64,000 bases of DNA from Eledone cirrhosa (lineage: Eukaryota). This document shows, piece by piece, positions 13,681 to 24,789 of the stretch (its first letter is position 1; every line of letters starts with the position of its first letter). Position numbers and translations under genes: made by a program. The DNA is taken from positions 274,102,001 to 274,166,000 of the forward strand of contig OZ024740.1 of NCBI GenBank assembly GCA_964016885.1. The letters are read 5' to 3'. A model generated the notes under the pieces. It was not told where the DNA came from and made no database searches. It saw nothing but the letters and a program-made list of their open reading frames with translations.

Positions 13681-15769
13681 ATTGTACTATTGGCAGTAAC
13701 GGTAAAGCGTCTAGTAGACCCATAAGAGGTAGACCCCCCACCATAAGCTCCATGGCAAAAAAGACTCCAATGGGAAGGTGGATTGGGTGGACCAAAGCTA
13801 TACGGACACCCCAAAACAATGATCAGGTAAGAAAAATGGTCGCACATGCAATAGGGGCTAGTATCAAAACTACCCTAAAGGGCCACATATTCAAGTTCAA
13901 CGAGAAGATCTACACCCAAAATGAGGGAGCAGCCATTGGCGTCAGCATAGCTGGTGATGTTGCCAACCTTTTTATGGTATGGTGGGAAAGGAGACTTAAA
14001 GATCTCCTTAATGAGAGCTCCATAGACCTCATCATGTACTCTCGTTACGTAGACGATATCAATATAGTTATAAGAACATCCCCACTAGAGAGCACTAACA
14101 AGTTTGATTTAGAACGTAGCACAATGGAAAGCATCCAGCAGATAGCTAATTCCATACACCAGAGTATAACTGTAACTATCGACTACCCTTCCAAACACCC
14201 TAACAATAGACTTCATGTATTAGACACGGAACTCTGGATTAACACTATAGACGAGAAAGACCGAATTCTCCACTCACACTATGCTAAACCCATGGCCTCC
14301 AAATACCTGATACTCAAAAACTCAGCAATGTCCAGTAGTGCTAAGTTTAATATTCTGATCGCAGATTTGGTACGAGTGATGAAGAATGTGTCCCGCATGT
14401 GCGACCCAACATAAATGGAAAGACACATCCAACACTTCATCAACGCATGCAGTTCTCTGGCTACAACCAAAGAGACAGAGTCAGAGTATACGAAGGAGCC
14501 ATGGAGAAGTATAAGACCCTCATAGAACTGTACATGAAAGGAATTTGCCCATTATACAGGAGCAAATCCTGGAATAGCTTAGATAGGGCTAGACATAAGA
14601 TAGGGAAAGCCACCTCATGGTACGACAACCAGAGATACCAGAGTGTCATGTTTGTGGATGCTACCCCTGGAGAGAAATTAGATAATCAGTGTAGAAAGGC
14701 CTTGAGAAAGACCCACTTAAAGATTAAGGTGGTAGAAAAGCCAGGAACCACCAAAACTTACCCTTTTAAGAAAACCCACTGTACTAATAGGAAATGTATC
14801 ATATGTAAGGTAAACCCCCGGATAAACTGTAATACTAGAAACGTAGTCTATAGCATAAGATGTACAGAGGGTACTTGCAGAAACATGACAACAACATACA
14901 TAGGCGAGACAGCTCGTAGCATAGGTGAAAGGATAGACCAACACTGGGGGGAACTAAAAGGACGAAAAAACGGGCCAGTACTATACGAACATGCCAGACA
15001 ACAACACGAGGGTAACATAGACAACATATAAATTAGAATAATATCTAAACATAGAAATGACCCAGCAGATAGGCAAATCAGAAACGCCAGTGAAATAGAA
15101 CTTAGAAGGCCAAGACTAAACAGAAAGAATGAATGGAATAACAACACCGAAACAAACAACACTGACCTAAGAGAAGTATAAATAAATAAATAAATAAATA
15201 GATAAATAAATAAATAAATAAATACATACACAAGCACAATAACAACAAACACATATAAACAAACACTAGTAAACATAGAATACATTAACCAATACACAGT
15301 CACCCAATCACGAACACACATCAAACAAAACACTATACACACACGCAAACGCATGCGCAAAGAAGACAAAATAAAATGAACAAACAAACAAATAAATAAA
15401 TATATAAACAGACTAAATAAAGATGGCGTAGAAATACAATGCAACGGGAGGAATCTATAGCACCACTGACGATGTTGCAGATGTGCAACGGAAGAACTTT
15501 GATAAAATATATATATATGTGTTTGTGTCTATATTGTATCTGTATTAGTTTTGACCGTTGGTCAGTCAATGGCAACATTGAGGACCGAATAAATTAGATT
15601 ACCGATATAAAAGACACAGAAGCGAAAAGCGAAAACCAACCAAACAGTGAGTGTGTTCTGTTATTAATTCTAGCAATATTACACAAATATGACCCTCCCC
15701 AAGTATAACAATATTTGTTTCGACACACGATTTCATATCAAAAACCTCGCAAAACTAATTCATCGCCGC
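13681..15769 (+). mobile_element. Penelope-like element (RT + GIY-YIG), 5'-truncated, with 3' pseudo-LTR
   Basis: QNEGAAIGVSIAGDVANLFM and YSRYVDD; Cys-rich linker CTNRKCIIC; NVVYSIRC...YIGETARSIGERIDQH. Stops and frameshifts present. Both flanks are (TA)n. Confidence 0.9.
15462..15503 (+). ncRNA. Degenerate minimal hammerhead in the Penelope pLTR
   Basis: CTGACGA-T-GTTGCA-GATG-TGCAAC-GGAA-GAAC-TT. The homologue at 51180-51220 (-) retains GAAA. Confidence 0.55.
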
Positions 15770-16100
<331 letters not shown>

Positions 16101-16309
16101 GATTTAGGGAAAGGGGTGAAAGAGAGAAAAGTTAGGAGGTTTTGATGTTGATTCAGTGATTAGTTGATTTATTGACAGTTAATGATAATAATAATAATTG
16201 TTTCTACTTTAGGGTCAAGGCCAGCAATTACTCAGTGCATTACATAATAATGAGTTATTATAATAGACTCAGGTGGTACACATTGAATTATGGAATTGTT
16301 GGGTCGAAT

Positions 16310-16674
16310 CAAGTTGGTTTGAAATTGGCGAATTTAGTAGCTGCTTTATGCCTACAGAAAATTGACCGTTCAATTTTGCTGTTAAGCAGCATTTTGTCAT
16401 ATTTTAAAATATGGAGCAACTCCATATTGCAAAGCCCGCAGTGGGACATTGCATTTTTGTAGGCCTTTGCTCCTGACAGTTTCGACCAGCTAATCCAGTA
16501 TTCTTGGTTTGTATCTTTAAGCTACCAGATTTTATTGGCGAGCGTTGTTGTGTTCATTAGTCTACGGTTCTTTATAGAGTGTCTGTGGACGTACCATCTT
16601 TTTTTTTTAACTCCCCCGCCGTAGAACCTATGTAGTGCCATGCTAAGTTGCCTGAATTTATAGTAGCTGTGTAC
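16310..16674 (-). pseudogene. GIY-YIG endonuclease fragment of a second Penelope-like family
   Basis: Manual translation: YTATINSGNLAWHYIGST..KKRWYVHRHSIKNRRLMNTTTLANKIW*LK..YWISW..AKAY..CGLCNMELLHILKY..LLNSKIE..CRH. Abuts (TA)n at 16675. Confidence 0.75.
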
Positions 16675-16926
16675 TATATATATATATATATACGGAAGCT
16701 CTGTATATCTGTGTGTAAGGATTTTAAAAATGTTCCATCATCTAAAATGTCTGTGATATGTGAAAGAACATGTAGTAATATGCTTGCAAAAACTGCATTT
16801 GCGCTTGTCTCATGGAAATAAATTCTATCTACAAATTCTTTTAAGCACATGTGAAAATTTATTTATAATTTTCATAACATAATATTATGTAAAACAACAA
16901 TTTAAGAAAGTCTATGGAAATGTTAT

Positions 16927-17312
16927 GTGGATTGGCAGTATCGGTAGAGGGTCGGACGCCATGCTTTGACGCATTGAGTTATGGCCCTTGTCATTCTGAG
17001 TTCAAATCCCGCCGAGGTTAACTTTGCCTTTCATCCTTACCGGGTCGATAAAATAAAGTACCAGTAATACACCAGTAATAACTGGCCTTGTGCCAAAAGT
17101 AGAAACAATTATATATTACTATAGGGCGGTGGATTGGAAGTATCGGTAGAGCGTCGAACAACATGCTTTGCAGCATAGTTACGGCCCTTTACGGTTTGAG
17201 TTCAAATCCCACCGAGGTTAGCTTTGCCTGTCATCCTTACGGTGTCAATAAAATAAAATAGCAGTAATGCACTAGGATAATTGCTAGCCTTGCGCCAAAA
17301 GTAGAAACAATT
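16927..17312 (+). mobile_element. Two tandem Nin-type tRNA SINEs (16927-17112, 17124-17312)
   Basis: A box TGGCAGTATCGG, B box GAGTTCAAATCC, Nin-like core and GTAGAAACAATT tail. Confidence 0.9.
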
Positions 17313-19042
17313 GTACATTAGTATAGTTGAAATATTAGATACAAGTTATAATCCTCAATATTCAGGTTCAATAGCCCTTTCATTATGTTACTTGAAGTGT
17401 ATATGTATAATGTAGGGTCAAATATGTAGAGCAGAACTCTATATAAAATACCCTATATTTTCCGGCAAGTCTGTGTTTTAATTCGTTTAAATACTGAACT
17501 GTTTGGCAATAACACCATATGGAGTTCTATATAAATTTATATTGTTAAACCTTGCCAGATCTACACCTGCAATTCTTGATTATTATTAATCATTCCATGC
17601 TATTTTTGGCATGTCATGTTATAGCTACATGAGAGAGCCAATAAATACTTAAAACCTTGTCATGGGGTTGTTGTCCTCTCCTTGCCAAAAAATATTTGAG
17701 TTTACAACCTCATTATAACCTTTTCATGTTTTCACACACTGACCTATTCTTACCTTTGTCTGTCTGGCTAATCATAGTTTTATTTAAGATATTTATAGTC
17801 ATAATTGGTGAGGTGCCTTAAAATAATTATGAGCTATTATGTAATAATACATACACACACACACGCACACACACACACGCGCACACACACACACGTGTGT
17901 GTGTGTTTATACCCCAAAGTAGGTTTTATTCTATATATCCCACATGGGTAAAAATATAGGAAAAAGACGTTGAAAATGCAATTGGAACTTAAAAAATGTT
18001 TATTTACAATAGTTTATAACTACCAGTTTTACAGTTTCATGAATTTTAAAAGTTAAGGAAGATGGAGAGATGTGTACTCACAGACACACACACACATATA
18101 TATTTATTAAACAACAACTGAAAACCGGACTGGAAAATTTGCTTTAGAATTTTAATTCACTATACATATCTCGATGGCCCAGCTCCAACATCCAATAATG
18201 ATGCAAGATAGGCCCATCTGATCGGGTGACATCCACAGAATTAATAGGGTTACGTTGAACCCAAACATATAATGGAAGATAGGAAAGAAAATAGAAAATT
18301 AAAAATATGATTAGGAGACTGCCTGCGAAAAAAAAAAAAAAAAATTATATTGGTATAAGGCAGTCCCTGAATGTTACTTGGTGCTAGCATCTAAGGTCGG
18401 TAGGTGTGGTGAAGGGAGTAGGTGCGGTCAAATAGTGACACCCACATTCTTCGTAGAGAATGTCACTCCTTAATCCCTTCGAGAAAACGATGTACAAGTA
18501 AGGAGATGTTGCTTAAGTATCAACAGCAACATTGAATTGATAAATGTGTCCAAACACGGAAAAGCCCGACTCCCACAGTCATCGCTTAGTTTTGGCTTCG
18601 CTGTCGTGGGAATCTAAAAACTATAATCTATCTGTCGCCTTTAGGGACAAGTCAGTCTGGCGTGATGGTACTTAAAGGGGTGCATAGCTATAATAATATT
18701 GTCTAACAAATGATAGGGGTTAAGACATTATACAACCATATTAACAATACCAAATGTAGTAATAATAATGATTTCTTTATTTCTTTATTTATTAATTAAT
18801 TAATTTATTTATTTATTTATTTATTTTATTTATTTATTTTTAAAATTTATTTATTTATTTATTTATTTATAATCGTACTATAACTTGTTAAATATTCGTC
18901 GATATGTGGGCGTCCCTGCACCAACACTGGATACCATATCGATGATGGATGAGTTGCATAACGTTGAGTGCTTTGTTGATTTGCTACATCATGATTTACC
19001 AACCAGAAAGACCAGTTCTACCCATTGATAGAACTTACATTG

Positions 19043-19108
<66 letters not shown>

Positions 19109-19152
19109 TGAAAAAGAACAAAGGAACTATTATGACATTATAACAAGTTTAT

Positions 19153-19199
19153 TGCCGACAGCCGTTTCGTCCGACCCCATGGTGGGACTTATCAAGGCA
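19153..19199 (-). ncRNA. Degenerate type I hammerhead motif
   Basis: TGCC-TTGATAA-GTCC...GGAC-GAAA-C-GGCT-GTC-GGCA. Stems are intact but the core has two transitions from CTGATGA. It lies 50 bp from (TA)n in an element bounded by (TA)n at about 19103 and about 20080. Confidence 0.55.
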
Positions 19200-20079
19200 T
19201 ATAACATGTGATTGCAAGATCATTGTTTACATCAAAGTATCACTCAAGGCTAGCAGTTTGAAATTGTTGTATACATCAGCAACTCCGCTTTAAGGGGGGC
19301 TCTTTTATATTAGTTGTCGGGGTCAGGGATTGAAGTTTAAAAATTAGACAAAAATATATAATTCACGCATCAACATTAAACCAAGAGACCTGGGGTCCCG
19401 TAGAAGCACCTCAGAGAATCCCTCAATGAGTGCATAAAGCTTACAGGCACCAATACACCTATTAGTCTAGAAGAAAATTAAGAGGCTAATAAAATAAGAA
19501 AATAAAAATATAAAGTTTCCCTAAAAAATATATAGAGTTCCTATGAAATTTCTTCTAGAGAAAAAATTTTTTTCCCAAAGAAAAAAACCTTCTTCCCCCG
19601 AGATCACGTTTACAAAATTCAGAAAACTGAATTGAAAACTAGGTTGAAAGAAACTAATCAATTAGAGGTTAATTCAGAGAGCCTTCCATAAGTCTCTCAG
19701 AAAAGGCCCCTTTACTATTTCCAATAGGAACTTCTTCCGAGAGACCCTTCGAAGAATTAAAATTTTAGAGAGCCTTTGAGGATAAATATAAAAACGAATC
19801 GAGGAAAATTATACATTAAAAGTTAAAAATTAAAAATTATGGTATTTGGGATATCCGAGGAATTTTCAAAGGGCTGCTTCAACAGATACAACTTAGGCAT
19901 AATAGGTACAATAATCTAAGCAATTTAAGCAATTTAATTAGGGAGCAATTCAAGGAGTTTATCAAGTTGGGCAAGATTAACTCTGCGTATACGCATAGAG
20001 CTTAACTAGCTACCGTCACATATTTGGTAAGTCAGACGTGATCATCGCGATTCACATACGTCCTACCATACACCTTACT

Positions 20080-20120
<41 letters not shown>

Positions 20121-20666
20121 CTGTGTATTATATATATATATATAACTTTGGTAGATTTCAGTGAGTAATGGACCAGTTTATACCTAACTTAATAGAACTA
20201 TGTAGTGATGTTTCTTCTGTCATATTTCTTATGCCATAAGTCGGACACCATAATTCACTAGAGTATATATTTGTTATTGGCAGAAACAAATCAGGATATT
20301 GGTGATTTTTCTGGTATTTCTAAAAGGAATTCGTCCAGGAACCGTTGGAAAGTTAGGGAATCGCTTTTTCTCCTTGTTTTTTTTTTTTTTTAGGTGTTAA
20401 ACAGAGCATGCCAGGTTAGATGAAATGTCCTGTTGTAATGTTATGTGGTTCAAGCTCGACTTTTGAACGGACAGATGACACGGGCCTAATTCATATATTG
20501 ATGGTATATTTTCCACATCATACAAAGGATATAACGCTCACTGTGGTGATGAAGAAAATAGGGTTTGAATGTTTTAGGTTATTCATAGGAAACGAGGTTT
20601 ATCATGTCATTTTGTATTGTTTTGTTGTAATTGACATCTGGTGTGCGTCAATTTTCATAATACTTT

Positions 20667-20740
<74 letters not shown>

Positions 20741-20745
20741 TGTAA

Positions 20746-20777
<32 letters not shown>

Positions 20778-20823
20778 TTGTGTGTGTGAGTTTGTCTATG
20801 TTTTGTCTGTGTATACACACACG

Positions 20824-20875
<52 letters not shown>

Positions 20876-20909
20876 AGTGTGTGTATGTTTTGTCTGTGTA
20901 TACACACAC

Positions 20910-20965
<56 letters not shown>

Positions 20966-21511
20966 TAGAATTAATTCCTTTCTTCGAACCTGGCATAATG
21001 TCAGGTATAACATTCTCCTTGAAGACAGATACGAAATAAATACAGACTAACAAACCAAACCAAAATACGTGCATCATGAAATCCCCCACCATACTACGCC
21101 GGCTACAATTCTCAGTCTACTCTAATTCTAAGATAACTGTGTTTATAATTGACAACTACCATGTCATCAGTTCGTTATGCTACAGAAAAAGTTGTTTTTT
21201 CAGAGATTTAGAAACTATTTGATATATGTAGAGAAACATTTTTTGAAATCGTAAATCGGCAAATTATACACTATGAAACATTACAATACAGATTTCTCGA
21301 GCAGGAACCCCGATACCTAACTCTCACATTTTTTGTTGTTTCGTTTACAAGAACTTCAGTAATTTTACATCTTATCTTATAAGTAAAAAAAATCTTAACT
21401 CGCCCAACACAAACGAGGTGTAATATGAAGTAATTTAAATATACGGGAGATCATTAACAAAAGAAAATATATTGTGTAAATGTTTGTTTATATGCGAAAA
21501 AAGAGTAATAA

Positions 21512-21722
21512 TATTTTCTAATTTAGACATAGCACTGGCAAGTTTGACTTAAGGAAATCGATTAAATCGATCCCGGATTTGATTAGAACTTTCTTTTATC
21601 GACAGCAGAAGGCTGAAATAGAAAATTGACCAGGGCGGGATTTGAACACAGAATGTAAAGCAGCAAAGCACCTGCTGCTATGCATTTGTCCATCGATCTA
21701 ATGGCTCTGCCAATCCACAGCT
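21512..21722 (-). mobile_element. Diverged Nin-type SINE
   Basis: GGCGGGATTTGAAC B-box complement and degenerate core. Confidence 0.7.
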
Positions 21723-22149
21723 ACAAGGAGAAGTAATAACACATAATTTATAGTAGACGTGTTAGCTGATTTCAGAAATAAAACAGACATCAGTTGTTAC
21801 TGTATTATTGTTAGTTTCCATATGCGTTTATGGGAAATGTATTTCTCAAACTGGCAAATTCAGACTATATATACGTGTGATTCAGACTATATATAAATGT
21901 GATAAAAACAGTATTACATACATGACAATAAAAATACAACAAAAAAAAATGAAAAGAAAAAAATCAGAAAGAAAATAGAATTAAGCAGCGAAAGATAGAA
22001 TGGGGAGTGACAGACTCTACACCATTTTGAGAGCGATGTTTTATCTGCACCCTGCGGAACATAGCAAAGGTATTGTAGTGGATAATGGTCAGCGATACCC
22101 ACTGTAATATCCTCACCACTTCATGGGGCTCATTCTCCAGGTGGGCTGC

Positions 22150-22590
22150 TCTCTTTCAGATTTTACGAAGGTCTCGACTGTGACGGGTAGGAAAAAGAAG
22201 CGGTCGGTCAATCCCCGTTAATTACTCATCTTCCTTTCTTCTGTATTGCGGGTAGCGGGGTGCCCGGGTTTGTGACCGATGTGACAAGGTTGGAGGATGA
22301 ATTACAACGCACTCTCGAGTCCAGTTGTGATGGGAAGCCGGCTGCCTCATGACTCCTTTGATGATTTCGTTCAGAGCAGCTTGCCGGGGGAACCGATTTG
22401 TGCTATGGCGGAATGATAATGCGTACAGACCGAACTCGTCCACAACAGCTCCACAAAGACATTTTGGGGGCTCCCACACATGGAAACCGAGGTGCTATGC
22501 CACTCCAATGTGAGCGCACTCAACATTAAGAAGGGTATCTGGTGATCAGGAGAGGAGCGAATTGAGACACGTGCGCGGAATGGAGGACAG
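22150..22590 (-). mobile_element. CRE-like RLE non-LTR retrotransposon fragment
   Basis: CLCGAVVDEFGLYALSFRHSTNRFPRQAALNEII resembles the zinc-knuckle/RH motif of CRE-clade elements. Confidence 0.55.
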
Positions 22591-22799
22591 CAAGATGCAT
22601 CTATCAGTTTATTATTTTAATGTCCTGTCCCCTTTGAGTACGGGGACAACTTTTTTGTTTTATTTGTTTATTTCTTTAGATATTTGTATTGGTTTCCATT
22701 TTTATTTTACTATATTTTTGCTGCAGTTTTACAGTAGTTAACTATAAGTATAACGTCATACTGGAACTTCTAGAGAATTGAAATTATTAACCCTATTAT

Positions 22800-23330
22800 A
22801 GACATTTATATAATAATGAAATTATAGTGTACAGTGCTCAGGTGCACTACAACTCATCAAAGGTGCATGTATAGTATATAAAATAATTGTTTCTACTTTT
22901 GGCACAATGCCAGCATTTCTGTTCATTACTGGTACTTTATTTTATCGACCCCGGAAGGATGAAAGGCAAAGTTAACCTCGGCGGGATTTGAACTCAGATC
23001 ATACAGGGAGGTAACTCTATGCTTCAAAGCATGGCATCCGACCCTCTACCGATACTGCCAATCCACCGCCTTGTATAGTATATAAAATAATGTACAAACG
23101 TCAGGAAAGTGAATAGTGTATCAGCCATGATATACATGTGTGCGTGTCCATGGGGTGGGGGGATATCAGGTGTAGTCTTGGCGAATTTCAGGAAGCATGG
23201 AGGTTTTAAAGAATGCAATGTCTCGGCAGTTAACAACTGATGCATGTAGTTTGTTCCATGCTTCAGCAATTCTGAGCGTGAAAATATGTTTCCGAAAGTC
23301 AATTGGAGTTGTGCTGTTTTCTGTTTTCGA
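22800..23330 (-). mobile_element. CR1/L2-group LINE 3' end interrupted by a SINE
   Basis: FRKHIFTLRIAEAWNKLHASVVNCRDIAFFK is typical of the CR1/L2 ORF2 C-terminus. Confidence 0.75.
22888..23071 (-). mobile_element. Nin-type tRNA SINE with 20-bp TSD
   Basis: TSD TGTATAGTATATAAAATAAT at 22868-22887 and 23072-23091. Confidence 0.92.
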
Positions 23331-23699
23331 TGTTTCCTTTACTAGCATACGTCAGTTCATTTCTTTATAAGGGATGGTTGATTGAGTGCATATTATAAAC
23401 ATTTATTATAGCTATGTCAATTATTAAAACTTTGTCATTTGTAATAAAACGTTGTCAGGTTTGTTGTTTGGGCAGTTGTTTGTGGCTTACTTGTATGCTA
23501 CATTTCCACAGGATTCTTGCATTTTAATGAATATATCTATGACTAACACAGAATCCATTACTGAAAAGAAAAATTTACTCTGATCGCCGAGCATATGTAA
23601 GGAGTTCTGCTATGTTTCTTTGCTTCTACAAATAATTTGTGAGGGATAAGATTGGAGATTTTGATATAGTATCATATATGCTAGAAGGAAATAGATCAC

Positions 23700-24310
23700 A
23701 GAGAGGGGAAACGTTTGTCACCTATGTTATAATTGCAGTTATTCTTGTCAATCTGACTGGCAGTGGCAGCTCATTTCTGTATGGTAAATGAATTTGTTCA
23801 TCCAAGCCCCAGTCAGTGTTTTATTTATGTTCTATACATTCAGTCCAAAGAAGTGTTGGCCATGTAAAGGCATACGCTCATGGCTATTTGTCATGATTGT
23901 CAGACATGACATCAATATGTCCATTTTTAATACGCTTAGTTTTAAACTTTAGTTCATTGAAATCGAATCCAATCTCCTCTAGGAATTTTGCTGCTGGAAA
24001 GATGATCGATTTACTTTCATACAATCGTAGTCAATAAGGTTACACAACATGCTTCCTTGTGAATTGGAACTATAGAGAACCACATTGATAACTGCCTCCT
24101 TAAAATTCTTCCTGACACTCAATAGTCTCCTTCCACCTTCTCTTCCTGGAATGTATTGTGATTATGTTTCGGATTTATTGTGATGATATTTTGAGAATAT
24201 TCCTCGTATTACAGTTTGTAGTGTCTGCTTCATTATATTCTAGTTGAACATTGTAATACCATATGCTATTGCTACAATTGCAAGTGTGTTAACCAAATAT
24301 GAATGAAAGT
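23700..24310 (-). mobile_element. Old R4/Dong-like LINE remnant
   Basis: Fragments VNTLAIVAIAYG, YIPGREGGRRLLSV and PLHGQH resemble the post-RT region of the neighbouring R4 elements. Confidence 0.45.
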
Positions 24311-24789
24311 TAAAAATTTGTTTTTGATTTTGACAAAATATTTAACTCATTCTCATTTATACTTAAATACTAATAAAATGCATAAATTATTCAGCATCCA
24401 CATTATTTGCCTTCCACAGAGTTTTACGTTACCTGTACAAGTTTCTGGGTTGCTATTCCGGTATTTTCCAATCAAAAGGACATTTCAATGTCTTTGTTAA
24501 AATGTTTACCGGGAGACTTTAAAGAAGCTGATGGAAATTTTCAGCATTTAATGCCCGGTTATCCAAGTGATGGATTAACTTTAAACAAAAATTGAATTAA
24601 CTAATTTTTATATCTAGCAGAAAACAAATGTGAAGACCAGATGTACGACCGGCTTGAAATAGCCCAGTACCTATTTCATTAAGACTTATGTTTAATCCAT
24701 AAGGATTTCAGAGACCATAAGAAAAGTATATTAGTTCATCATAGTTGTCTTGAAATAGTTTCCTATTGATGCAATCAAAGTATGTATTA

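Noticed and set aside
14399-15031. Selenocysteine recoding in the Penelope ORF, as described for some Naiad elements
   Set aside because: The interrupting stops are TAA (14412, 15029), not TGA, and frameshifts are also present. This is ordinary decay.
24627-24680. Hammerhead-like TGAAGA..GAAATAG..CTATT
   Set aside because: It lacks C3, stem II is weak, and there is no repeat or TA context.
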